IMG/VR virus record: IMGVR_UViG_3300037515_000973
Span: 1 to 63,775 of that record
DNA from: a virus
Taxonomy: Duplodnaviria > Caudoviricetes
DNA length: 63,775 nucleotides
Direction: 5' to 3' (one strand)
The position numbers and the translations under genes are program-made. Every line of letters starts with the position of its first letter. Positions within the stretch are counted from its first letter, which is position 1. The notes beneath the pieces were generated by a model that ran no database searches, was not told where the DNA came from, and was given only the letters and a program-made list of their open reading frames with translations. Positions 9,360-18,426 of the stretch are shown one piece after another.

Positions 9360-9605
9360 TCACTGGAGGCGGGTTCGCAACCAGCTGCTACAGATCCGAT
9401 ACATAGACTCTGGCTCCCCCCGCACGGGCAGAGAACGCATGCGGCGCTGCCCGTGCGTGCCACGGCTTATATGCTTCTCCGTGAGCCGTGTCTTTTTCCC
9501 TAACGGAAAGACCTCATAGATGTATCCGCCACGGGCCGACATTTCAAAGGTATGGCCTCTGATAATCATCGTGATAATTTCCACTTTCTTCTCCCTTTCT
9601 TCCAA
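9360..9605 (-). CDS. Small hypothetical protein, paralogue of 28312-28506
   Basis: GHTFEMSARGGYIYEV versus GHLFEMPTDGGYVYEV. Confidence 0.55.
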   Translation of the reverse strand: MEEREKKVEIITMIIRGHTFEMSARGGYIYEVFPLGKKTRLTEKHISRGTHGQRRMRSLPVRGEPESMYRICSSWLRTRLQ

Positions 9606-9643
9606 CCAGTGGCAAGCCCAGACGTCTCCCCCGTCTGGGCTTT

Positions 9644-9919
9644 TTACGCATCAACCCAATCGTAGGATTTCTCGAAAATGTCGCGGTCACAGATATACAT
9701 TTCGCCGTCGATCCCTCGCATCAGATAGTCGCCGGGTTTCCCCTGTTTGTAGTTTCCCTCCAGCGTGTTCACACGAAATTCCTCATGCATCTGCATGGCG
9801 TGCACCACAATCAGCTTTTTCAGACAGCCGCGCATGCCTTCCACCTGCTCGTACGTCTCAAATATTTTCACTTCGTTTCTCCTTTTTCGGGTCATTTTTA
9901 CCGTTCTATAGTACCGCAA
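9644..9919 (-). CDS. PGDYG-like small phage protein
   Basis: TLEG...GKPGDYLMRGIDGEMYICDRDIFEKSY. Confidence 0.65.
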   Translation of the reverse strand: MRYYRTVKMTRKRRNEVKIFETYEQVEGMRGCLKKLIVVHAMQMHEEFRVNTLEGNYKQGKPGDYLMRGIDGEMYICDRDIFEKSYDWVDA

Positions 9920-10177
9920 AAGTTATGTACTTTGTAGTACTACTTGGGGTACTTGGTGTACCGTTTTGGCCTCCCCCCCACTTTTTTTGTCTCACCCGGT
10001 CAAACACAGTTTCTGTCACTTTCCTAAGTGCCTGTTTTATATATAAAATAAAATGTTAAATATAGTGTATTAAAGAGGGGGGGAAAAAGAGTGCGGGGGA
10101 GGGTGGGGTACGGTACACCAGTACCCCATAAAGTACACCAAAATATGCCATAAAATACCCCAAAATATGCCAAAATA
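9920..10177. other. Candidate replication origin
   Basis: AT-rich core flanked by an inverted repeat (9946-9963 / 10111-10127) and short AAAATA-type repeats, just downstream of the replication genes. Confidence 0.45.
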
Positions 10178-11521
10178 TCATGCCGGGAAGAGCCATCCCC
10201 GGTCGTTTTGGAAGAGGACTTCCCCCTCCACTAGGCTCCCTACGGTGCGCTTGACCTCTGTATAGGTGGCCGATTTCCGCAGGTGATTTTTATGGATCAG
10301 CCTGACGCTCAGCTGCCCGGGCCGGCGTTGGATAAGGCTCAGGATCTTTTCCGTGAGATCAATCGCATATCGCTGCTGTGGTGGCACAGTGACATCCCCC
10401 CGCTGGCCCAGTTCTTGCAAATATCGCGCTGAGGTTTCGATGACCGCCCGGGCTGCGGCCACGTGTCCCTCTTCGATCTGGTCAAATTTCCCCGCCCAGG
10501 CGTACAAGAGCGCGATCTTATGGGCGTACACATGTAACCGCTCAGCCATGGGGGTTTCGTTCGCCTGAGACATGATACCGTCCTCAAAGAAGGACACCTG
10601 CCAGTGATACATGGCCTCCCAGGCGTCCGGGGTGTAGCAGTCCTTGAGGGCGTTGCGGTAGCCGAGGATCGGGGGTGGGGCGGCGGGGAACTGAATCTGC
10701 TGACTGAGGACAGTTAGATCGACCTCGGCCTGCTCCTCCTCATAGGCGCGCCACGGGACGTATGATCCGGGCAGGATCAGATACCTGTTCAGAAACCCCG
10801 AGAAAATCATCTCGTCAGTGATGTGTGCCCGGAACAGCTGGTCCGTGGTGGTGCCCAGAATGGAGAGTGTCGGGGTGGGAATACTGACATGCCCGCCGGT
10901 CCGCTCGCGATCAGAGCGGCTAATACTGTGATAGTCGGGGCAGTCGAAAATCTTATTCAGGTCTTCGCTCAGCGTGCTGAATTGGATCTTGAGATACTTC
11001 GCTAAGCTCGTCCACTCATGCAGAACCATGATCGTGGGATGGGGGGTGACCGCGAGGATTTTACCGCCTTTCTCCCGTTCAATATCGGCCAACACCGGGC
11101 CGAGGCCGGGCCCGGAGCTGACCGTGCCGACTTGCCGATACCAGGTCGGGAGCAGCTGCTCGCAGACGTCGGTACACAGCTTTTTCCCTGTGCCCGTCGG
11201 TTTGATCAAAAGACCATAGATATTGCCACAGACGCGGCCATAATAGCGGACCTCAATCTGGCGATGCGCCAGCGCCGCCAGGGCGGTGAGCGTGCCGAGC
11301 CACACCTCCCAGGAGCGCTGCCTGACAATGTCGGCCACCTCCAGAAAGACCCCTTGCCAGAGGATATCGGGACAGGGGTAGGCCGCTGCCGGCTCTTCCT
11401 CGGCGGCTTCCCGGGCCAGCTGTTCCCGGTCCCGTTGCTCCTGGTCGAGTTGTTCTTGCGCCAGCTGCTCAAGCAGCGTCCGTGGCGCCGTGTGGAGACG
11501 GGTCGCACTGACCGTTGACAT
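10178..11521 (-). CDS. DUF3987-like P-loop replication protein (putative helicase)
   Basis: LLIKPTGTGKK Walker A-like; MVLHEW Walker B-like; LSILGTTT; SGFLNRY. Confidence 0.7.
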   Translation of the reverse strand: MSTVSATRLHTAPRTLLEQLAQEQLDQEQRDREQLAREAAEEEPAAAYPCPDILWQGVFLEVADIVRQRSWEVWLGTLTALAALAHRQIEVRYYGRVCGNIYGLLIKPTGTGKKLCTDVCEQLLPTWYRQVGTVSSGPGLGPVLADIEREKGGKILAVTPHPTIMVLHEWTSLAKYLKIQFSTLSEDLNKIFDCPDYHSISRSDRERTGGHVSIPTPTLSILGTTTDQLFRAHITDEMIFSGFLNRYLILPGSYVPWRAYEEEQAEVDLTVLSQQIQFPAAPPPILGYRNALKDCYTPDAWEAMYHWQVSFFEDGIMSQANETPMAERLHVYAHKIALLYAWAGKFDQIEEGHVAAARAVIETSARYLQELGQRGDVTVPPQQRYAIDLTEKILSLIQRRPGQLSVRLIHKNHLRKSATYTEVKRTVGSLVEGEVLFQNDRGWLFPA

Positions 11522-12113
11522 GTTTTTCTCCTCTGCCAATCGCCCGCCACAATGCGTGCGCCGGTACGGGATCAGCGTCTGGACGCAAGAACACAAACGC
11601 TTCCTGCGCCTCCAGCAGAGCCGTCGTGGCCTGCATGAGCTCTTGCGCCGCCTGGGTTTTTTCGCGTGGACTAAAGGTGCTCGGGGCCAGCCTATAGAAG
11701 TGCTGTACCTGCTGCGCGTACACGAGTCGTGCGCGCGCTCCCCGGAGGATCTGATAGGCCCGCATCCATTGCTGCTCGCGCCAGCGGATAAACGCCTGCT
11801 GAAGCTGGCGGGTGCGGCGTCGGACGGCGCGGTCCTGAGGCTCCGCCTCTGAGAGGCAGCGCCTCTGCGGTCCGATGTCCTTCCCGACGCGGGCCGCCGC
11901 CTCGGCAAAGGACAGACCGTCGAGTTCTCGGAGCAGGGTAATCGCGTCCCCGGATTTCCCGCACCCAAAACAGTGGAACACGTTTTTTTCGGAGTTGACG
12001 GAAAAGCTGGGTGTCTTCTCGACATGAAACGGACAGCAACCCCACCACTCCGCACCGTGCTGGGACAGCGTCGTATGCCGCGCGGCAATGTCTCTGATCA
12101 GGTCTTCCGTCAT
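11469..12113 (-). CDS. CHC2 zinc-finger (DnaG N-terminal-like) protein
   Basis: CPFHVEKTPSFSVN...FHCFGCGKSGDAI. Confidence 0.9.
   Translation of the reverse strand: MTEDLIRDIAARHTTLSQHGAEWWGCCPFHVEKTPSFSVNSEKNVFHCFGCGKSGDAITLLRELDGLSFAEAAARVGKDIGPQRRCLSEAEPQDRAVRRRTRQLQQAFIRWREQQWMRAYQILRGARARLVYAQQVQHFYRLAPSTFSPREKTQAAQELMQATTALLEAQEAFVFLRPDADPVPAHALWRAIGRGEKHVNGQCDPSPHGATDAA
11837..11865 (+). repeat. Dispersed 29-bp double-hairpin family A (other copies at 14913, 15705, 25812, 28268, 53930; variants at 13549, 24998)
   Basis: GAGGC-TCC-GCCTC-TGA-GAGGC-AG(C/A)-GCCTC. Confidence 0.9.
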
Positions 12114-12490
12114 CAGACTTCCCACCCTGGAATAAGCCGCGCCACGCCCTGCCGCTGGATCTCGCGGAAAAAGGCGCCCGTGATAATTTCCAAGCATTCG
12201 TTAGGACAATACTTTCGGAATCGCTTGAGTTTGGTTTTGCTCGCGCGATCGAGATAGCCTTTGACCTCGACCCACCGATCTTCGCCAAGGATATAAAAAT
12301 CTGGTCGATAGGTCCGGTTCCCCCGCTCGACGGGAAACCAAAACTCACACGGCTCGTAGAGGTAGCGCCGCTCTGTAAAGAGGAGGAATCGGGCGTAATT
12401 GGCTTCCCACTTCGAGCGGCAGGCATGCCCGAGGTCTGCCCGATACCCTTGCTGTGAATGCCCCGCCCAGTGTGGATTGCGATTTCCCAT
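12113..12490 (-). CDS. PD-(D/E)XK nuclease (T7 endonuclease I-like)
   Basis: RSKWEA...YEP...YRPDF...VEVKG. Confidence 0.8.
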   Translation of the reverse strand: MGNRNPHWAGHSQQGYRADLGHACRSKWEANYARFLLFTERRYLYEPCEFWFPVERGNRTYRPDFYILGEDRWVEVKGYLDRASKTKLKRFRKYCPNECLEIITGAFFREIQRQGVARLIPGWEV

Positions 12491-12831
12491 GTCAATCTTT
12501 CCTCCACCGGCCCCACCGCCTATTGAGTCGGCACCCGATTTCCCAGCCAATGAGTACGGCGAAAAAGGTATAGAGCAGGACAATGCCTACGATCAGAAAA
12601 TTAGGTGTGCGATACATGAGAGATGTCCCTCGGCTGCCGTGGGCAGACATGGCGCGTCCCGCCTTGGTGCAGGCGCTCGGCAACGAGCTTGGGACCGACC
12701 GGCGCCACCACGTAGACGAGGACGTTGGGATCAATCAATATCTGCTGGCCGTGGCGCGTCTCCGCGATCGCCACCCGCTGGGAGCAGTGAGGACAGAAGC
12801 TCAAATAGTTCCGTTGCACGGCGTTTCCTCC

Positions 12832-13329
12832 TTAGCTGAGGCGCTCACTTTCTGCATGCACTTTTGTAGTCAGCTCGACAATTTCACGCAGAGACCTGAG
12901 GAAAAGCATATGTTTTTCCGGGGACAATGCCTGGATCTGCAAGAGCCAATCCACAATGACGAGCATCTCCCGAAAGGTGGTAATCTGCTGTTGTGCCTGC
13001 TGGGTGTTCATGCGGGGTTCCTCCTGTGCTTCGGCGGCTTTATATGTGAGCAGCAAGTTCAGCGCGTGGTATTCTGAGGCACGTAGCGGCCAGCGCGCAC
13101 CAAGCCACTCCGCCATTTGTTTGATATCGATTAGGTCAGGGGTGTGCCTGTCATCGCCTGTCAACTCAAGGAATGCCTGACGGACACGCGCCGCAATCTC
13201 TGCAGGGCCTTCCCCCGCCGCTCTGGCATCTTCCAACAGCTCCTCTTCTGGTGCGTGTTCGAGGTACTCACAAATGCCGTCCAGGATGCCATGGAAGGCA
13301 CGGCGTCGGTCTTTCGGTGTGTCTGTCAT
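12832..13329 (-). CDS. Hypothetical protein
   Basis: 165 aa, GGAGG RBS. Confidence 0.55.
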   Translation of the reverse strand: MTDTPKDRRRAFHGILDGICEYLEHAPEEELLEDARAAGEGPAEIAARVRQAFLELTGDDRHTPDLIDIKQMAEWLGARWPLRASEYHALNLLLTYKAAEAQEEPRMNTQQAQQQITTFREMLVIVDWLLQIQALSPEKHMLFLRSLREIVELTTKVHAESERLS

Positions 13330-13610
13330 GTGGTTGTTCCTCCTCTGCCCCCGCTGTGGGCGGGGGTGTGACGCGTGCGCTTCAATCAGGAAAAGACGTT
13401 AGCTTAACCAAACTGAATTGCGCCCTTTTAAGGCTGACAGAGGGCGCAGAGGCCGTCCTGTAGGAGCCAGAGCAACACTCGATCTCGCTTGGTGGCATAT
13501 CGTCGCATACCCAAGGTGAATGAAAAGAATGCCTCTGCATTGCCTCTGGGACCTCTGGTCCTCAGGACCAGAGGTCCGGCACTGATTGCCAGAGGCAATG
13601 TCTCCTTCGC

Positions 13611-14294
13611 TTATGATCCTCCTTTCGTCTGGGTGTCCTCGGTCTCACGGCGTGCCTCATGACCTAGCTGCGCCACGTCCAAGACGGCTTCCAGTATCTC
13701 CTGCACGTCGTAGCCGTTCTTCAGCATCCGCCGGATGGCGCCATACACGTCTCCTAAGGGGATACTGATCGATCGCTTCTTAAACCCGGCTGCGATCGCC
13801 GCCGCATACGGGGACAGCTCCCCCGCTTCAACGCGATCGAACAGATCCGGCCGATCTCGCAGCAGCCGGCGGCAGGTATAGTCGGGGTCATTGCCTCCGA
13901 CGGTCAAGTTGACAATGTCAACTTGATCTTGAGACTTCCGATTACCTCCATGCCCTGCCAACGGCCCTGCCTGTTTCGCCTGCGCGGCCAGGCTCAGCAC
14001 GTCCGGGAGCGGAATAACCCATTCCGGTTTATTCAGTTCCAACCACTTGCGCGCAATTGCAATCTCATCTGGAACGAGATCGAACCCATCACGGATCATG
14101 GCGACATACGACGCAAAGCCTAAGTCCTGCCAGACCTGTTCCGCTTCCTCGCAAAACTCGAGAAGCTTACTGCAATCGTAATTGAGGTTTCTCGCTAGGA
14201 AGAGGCGCTTTTGCTGGAGCAACGCCCCCCATTCAGTGCGCGGGGTATCCCGAAAGAGATACGTCGGCTCCAACGGACCGGAGTCAATTCTCAT
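13611..14294 (-). CDS. Hypothetical DNA-binding protein
   Basis: HGGNRKS motif and RLLRDRPDLFDRVEAGELSPYAAA, typical of ParB-associated phage proteins. Confidence 0.6.
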   Translation of the reverse strand: MRIDSGPLEPTYLFRDTPRTEWGALLQQKRLFLARNLNYDCSKLLEFCEEAEQVWQDLGFASYVAMIRDGFDLVPDEIAIARKWLELNKPEWVIPLPDVLSLAAQAKQAGPLAGHGGNRKSQDQVDIVNLTVGGNDPDYTCRRLLRDRPDLFDRVEAGELSPYAAAIAAGFKKRSISIPLGDVYGAIRRMLKNGYDVQEILEAVLDVAQLGHEARRETEDTQTKGGS

Positions 14295-14627
14295 CTACTT
14301 CTCCAGATCGGTTTCTTTCCAATTGAGTGAGCTCCGGCTCTTGGCCAGCTTCAAATTCGGTGGCTGGTCACGATCGACCGCCAGCCGGCTGCACAGGCGC
14401 CTCAAAACCATTTTTAGCAACGCGAGATCGGCGACGGTATCAACCGCCTCGTCCTTAAATCGCAGGGTCAATGAATCCCAAAAATTTGGATCAAGATTGA
14501 CGCCGACAAATAATTCTTTTTTTGCATCCGCCGGCAGTTCTTGTGTCCAGGCAACGCCCTGGCGCTCCACGATTTTGAGGAGCAACTGAAGCTCGCTGAG
14601 GGTGGTGACGCGGAGGTTCATAGTCAT
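14295..14627 (-). CDS. Hypothetical protein
   Basis: Coupled to flanking genes. Confidence 0.5.
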   Translation of the reverse strand: MTMNLRVTTLSELQLLLKIVERQGVAWTQELPADAKKELFVGVNLDPNFWDSLTLRFKDEAVDTVADLALLKMVLRRLCSRLAVDRDQPPNLKLAKSRSSLNWKETDLEK

Positions 14628-15772
14628 CGGGCAGCCTCCTCTTCTTTTTCTGGGTGCAGCACCATGAAGGCGGTGGCTTCGGTGATCCAGCTCATGATCT
14701 CCTGATATTGCTGCGGGTTGAGGTCCTTGCTCGAGGTGAGCCCATACGCTTCTAAGATGTGCGCCTTCAGATCGGCCTCGCTATACGGACTCTTGCCCAG
14801 GTGGGCAAAGAGCGCCCGTCGTTTGCCCACCTCAGGACTCTGCTCGACGGGACGTGGCGCAGGGCCTTTTGCGTCAGGCAAACGGCCAGGCAAACGGCCA
14901 GCCAGGTCGTGCGAGGCTCCGCCTCTGAGAGGCAGAGCCTCCGGGGGGACGTAAGGGGAGACGTAAGGGGCGGCGGCACGGGGCGGGGCGGCGGCACGGG
15001 GCGGGGCGGCGACGTCCTCTTCTTCCTCTTCTTCCTGCAACTGAAAGAGCGCAGACGCCCCCGTCCGCATCCGCACCGCAGCCAGAAACGCGCGTTTCTC
15101 GGCGATTTTGAGCACGGTATTATACACATCCGCCAGGTCGGGGTTCTCGATTTTGCCCCGGGGTTGGCGTTCAATCGTCTGCTCGCCCGCCGGAAACGTG
15201 GCGCCACAACCGCCGAGCTTGCGCCAGCAATACCAGCCTTCCGCCTTGTTTTTACTTTGCCGCACCGTCTCTTTATCGCACGCGGGACACACGAGTTCGG
15301 CATACCTGTAGCGGTACTTCGTTTCCATGGTCGCGCACGAGCCATGCGCGCGCCCCACCTCCTGCCCGGTGGTCAACGAGGTGAGGACACATGTGGACGT
15401 GATATTCCGGTGTCCGCCACCGAGGTCTTCAATGTCCGGCGGGAGCAACGCGGGCGCCAGTTGAAAGGCCAAACACAGTACTTCTCCCCCCGGTTGGCGC
15501 AGTGTTTTGGCGGTGGTGCCCGGCTGCTCGCCATAATGGAGGCCTTCGCGCATAACCTCGCGCACGATCTGTTCGACCATCGCCACCCGTTGCACGATGT
15601 CGGCGACGGACAGCACCGCGAGGGGTGCTGGACGTGGACGTGGCGCAGCCAGGTCGTGCGGAGGCACGGGGGCGGGGGTAGTATTCTGGGTGGGGACAAC
15701 GGCTGAGGCTCCGCCTCTGAGAGGCAGCGCCTCGTGCGTTTCACTCTCGTACGTCATCAGTGTCTCAGTCAT
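14624..15772 (-). CDS. Zinc-ribbon phage protein, possibly a recombination/ssDNA-annealing protein
   Basis: EGLHYG..PGT..KTL..PGGE core; CPAC...C....GGC; NTVLKIAEKRAF; position in the recombination module. Confidence 0.55.
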   Translation of the reverse strand: MTETLMTYESETHEALPLRGGASAVVPTQNTTPAPVPPHDLAAPRPRPAPLAVLSVADIVQRVAMVEQIVREVMREGLHYGEQPGTTAKTLRQPGGEVLCLAFQLAPALLPPDIEDLGGGHRNITSTCVLTSLTTGQEVGRAHGSCATMETKYRYRYAELVCPACDKETVRQSKNKAEGWYCWRKLGGCGATFPAGEQTIERQPRGKIENPDLADVYNTVLKIAEKRAFLAAVRMRTGASALFQLQEEEEEEDVAAPPRAAAPPRAAAPYVSPYVPPEALPLRGGASHDLAGRLPGRLPDAKGPAPRPVEQSPEVGKRRALFAHLGKSPYSEADLKAHILEAYGLTSSKDLNPQQYQEIMSWITEATAFMVLHPEKEEEAAR

Positions 15773-16021
15773 TGGCTGCTGCTCCTTTTTTCGTATAGAA
15801 ATAGTATTTCTCGATCTGTGGGCCGTGCCAGCGCCAGATGATGCAGCGTGTGCGGTTTTGCCGGAACGGGCTGAATGCAAAAGCGGCAATCTCTGCCGCA
15901 GGAAACCCGCTCAGACGCATGGCGCGAGCCAATACCGAGGGGACATCGTCTGGGATGGTCAACGAGGTCGGTTCATGACGCATGTCGATACTCCTTATAA
16001 CGAAAAGTGAGGTAAGGGTCG

Positions 16022-16510
16022 TCAGGCGGCTTGGTCACGCTGGAGCAGCACCAACGCATCCTGCACGGTCATGGACGGGTTGTTTTCCATGTACGGGCGC
16101 AAGACTCTCGCTTTTCTTCGTAGGTCCGCACGCCGTTTCCTGACGCGATCCATATTCCGATCACGCTCCTCTATTGCCCCTTGCATCTGCTCCCACGTCA
16201 TGCGCAGAAAAAGGACATAGAGATATTCCCCATCCGCCTGTAGCACGGCCATGGTGGTCGGCGGGTCAAATCCGGGCAACGGCAGCTGAGTCGATGCGCC
16301 CGAATCAACTCCGTCATCTTCACTCGTTTCTTTGAGTAGGGCCTTGAGCATAGACAGGTACTCTCTGCGCATCGCTTCTTCTTGATGCTCACGTAATTCC
16401 GGCCCATAGTTTGCCAGGGCAAAATTAAGCACTTCACTGGCCAGGCAGCTGCCCGTTGCAGCCAAACACGCATCCCGACATTCCCTTAAAATACTACGAA
16501 TCTTTGCCAC
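16022..16510 (-). CDS. Hypothetical protein
   Basis: 162 aa, overlaps the stop of the upstream ParB-like gene. Confidence 0.55.
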   Translation of the reverse strand: MAKIRSILRECRDACLAATGSCLASEVLNFALANYGPELREHQEEAMRREYLSMLKALLKETSEDDGVDSGASTQLPLPGFDPPTTMAVLQADGEYLYVLFLRMTWEQMQGAIEERDRNMDRVRKRRADLRRKARVLRPYMENNPSMTVQDALVLLQRDQAA

Positions 16511-17324
16511 GGTGTTTCCTCCATGCGTCTTGTAAAGCGGTCAGCCAACCGATGGCGGACGGCACGTGTGTATCCAACATGTCGTAGTCGTAGGGAGCCA
16601 CGATACGGATATATTCCTCTGGTGTAATGCGTATGGTTCCCAACGCCTCAACTGCCTCTATGACGCCCCTCGCTAGATTGAAATGCTCCTCAACTTCCCT
16701 ATCTGTTTCGACAGCAATGAGTTTCCCATCCCGATAAATATTCCCCCCAGGACGACGTTTTTTCGGCTGCGACTTTTTGCCGATGTTGGTAGTGTCCATC
16801 GTGGACTCTTTGCCGGTCTTCGGATGGATGAACACCCGCTCTTCCATACTATCCACGTGGATAGTATGGATCGTTTTTTTACGGATGTTGCCCACAAAGG
16901 TTATCGAGACGCGACACGCCTTCGCGATGACGGTGTCACTCCACTTGACCCACTCCGCATCGCGCAACAGGGTTGAGACGGCCATACGCTTATCTTCATC
17001 CGTCCGGGGCTGGCCATGCGCCGCATTGGCCCCGACCGAAAACAGGACCGCATCACGACGGGTGCCTTGATGGATCGTCGCCGCAATCTTACCCAGCTGC
17101 GCCCCCTTGGCTGCCAGGACACGGTGGAAGCCGTCTGCCAACCAATAGGCTTCCCCATCGTAAAAGACATCAACGGGGGGAAAGAGCGCTCCCGCCTGCA
17201 TCTCTACCGCATAGTCAGCGGCAATCTCTGGACTGATAGCCGTGCGTGGCTGCGTGCCGCCATTGATGCGGATGAGCGATAGTTCTAGCGGTACAGGCGC
17301 GTGTGTGTCTCCTGCAATTTGCAT
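16494..17324 (-). CDS. ParB/Srx-like domain protein
   Basis: TQPR...FPPVDVFYDGEAYWLADGFHRVLAA. Confidence 0.8.
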   Translation of the reverse strand: MQIAGDTHAPVPLELSLIRINGGTQPRTAISPEIAADYAVEMQAGALFPPVDVFYDGEAYWLADGFHRVLAAKGAQLGKIAATIHQGTRRDAVLFSVGANAAHGQPRTDEDKRMAVSTLLRDAEWVKWSDTVIAKACRVSITFVGNIRKKTIHTIHVDSMEERVFIHPKTGKESTMDTTNIGKKSQPKKRRPGGNIYRDGKLIAVETDREVEEHFNLARGVIEAVEALGTIRITPEEYIRIVAPYDYDMLDTHVPSAIGWLTALQDAWRKHRGKDS

Positions 17325-17378
17325 GCGACTCTCCTATATATTAAAGGTGTAAACGCGATCGAGAACATCGGGTAAAGA

Positions 17379-17606
17379 TCAATGGAGCAAAGGCACAGGG
17401 GTCGCTTCTGAAGCCGGCCCCAGGTGTTTGCGGTCCTGGAGCCACGCATACACCTCTGGCCAGGCAAAGCGCAGATCACGCGTGCCGAGCGAGATCACGG
17501 GCAGTCCCTGCGTGCGCAATTTGTCGAGCGTGCTGCGTGAGCAGCGGAGTTTGTGGCAAAGTTCTTTCACGGTCAGCAGCGTGTCTGGTGTGTTCACGGG
17601 ATGCAC
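17379..17606 (-). CDS. Excisionase/AlpA-like HTH protein
   Basis: LLTVKELCHKLRCSRSTLDKL...GLP...LRF...V..WL. Confidence 0.75.
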   Translation of the reverse strand: MHPVNTPDTLLTVKELCHKLRCSRSTLDKLRTQGLPVISLGTRDLRFAWPEVYAWLQDRKHLGPASEATPVPLLH

Positions 17607-17619
17607 TCCTTTGAGATGA

Positions 17620-17865
17620 TCAGTTCGTTGGGCGGTCTATGATCGTCCCGTTCTCGCGCAGGAGTTTTTGGAAATCCTCTTTCCGCATCCGCCACGGACC
17701 CTTTTTCCCCCACAGCCGATAGCCACGCAGTGTCCCGTCTTTAAAGCGATTTTGGACCGCTTCTGCGGTAACATCTAAAACTTTCGCTATGTCTTGAGGT
17801 GTGACAAATTCCGATTTTTCTGCTATAGTAGCGTCTTGATCGACTGTGACTGTTTTTTTTGTCAT
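17620..17865 (-). CDS. HTH DNA-binding protein (Cro/Xis-like)
   Basis: FVTPQDIAKVLDVTAEAV...GTLRGYR...WRM. Confidence 0.7.
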   Translation of the reverse strand: MTKKTVTVDQDATIAEKSEFVTPQDIAKVLDVTAEAVQNRFKDGTLRGYRLWGKKGPWRMRKEDFQKLLRENGTIIDRPTN

Positions 17866-17878
17866 GTCGGTATTAGTA

Positions 17879-17922
17879 CCAATTATTGCCACAAATTGCA
17901 AGACATTCGTGGCAATAATTGG
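17879..17922. promoter_or_regulatory. Inverted-repeat operator in the divergent lysis/lysogeny switch
   Basis: Perfect 14-bp inverted repeat ccaattattgccac / gtggcaataattgg. Confidence 0.6.
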
Positions 17923-17936
17923 GAGGAATAATTCTT

Positions 17937-18404
17937 ATGGAAGATCGAGCGGAAAAGAAGGAACGCTTACGCGCATTAATGAAAGGGCAGCCACGCGGCA
18001 CACAATCCCAACTGGCGCGGTATGTGGGGGTATCTCTCGGGCAGGTGCAAAACTGGTTGAAGGACCGGTATCTCTGGACAACGCCCCTGCGTGAGGAAAA
18101 AATCTGGGCCTTTTTCGCGCAGGCTGCTCACGGTGTGCCGCCGCTGCCCGAGAGAAAAGAAGCACGCGCGATGCCGGTCCACGCGGACCCGGCGGCCGAA
18201 GCCCATCAGCTCCTGGATATCGTGCTGGTGCACCGTGAGCGTGACGTACGTGAGCTGATCGTGCAGCAGCTGCGGCTCTACGTCCGGTGGCATATGCAGC
18301 TGCTGAGCGCCGACGAGCAGGACTTTTTTGGCGCCCCGGTAGGGGCGCCGTTCCGTCTGCCGGAAGCACGCCTGCAGGAGAAGGAACACCGGACCAGAGC
18401 CTAA
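17937..18404 (+). CDS. Repressor-like XRE HTH protein
   Basis: TQSQLARYVGVSLGQVQNWL; divergent from the cro-like gene and upstream of the integrase. Confidence 0.7.
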   Translation: MEDRAEKKERLRALMKGQPRGTQSQLARYVGVSLGQVQNWLKDRYLWTTPLREEKIWAFFAQAAHGVPPLPERKEARAMPVHADPAAEAHQLLDIVLVHRERDVRELIVQQLRLYVRWHMQLLSADEQDFFGAPVGAPFRLPEARLQEKEHRTRA

Positions 18405-18426
18405 ACACAAAGAGTGACGACGCCAC

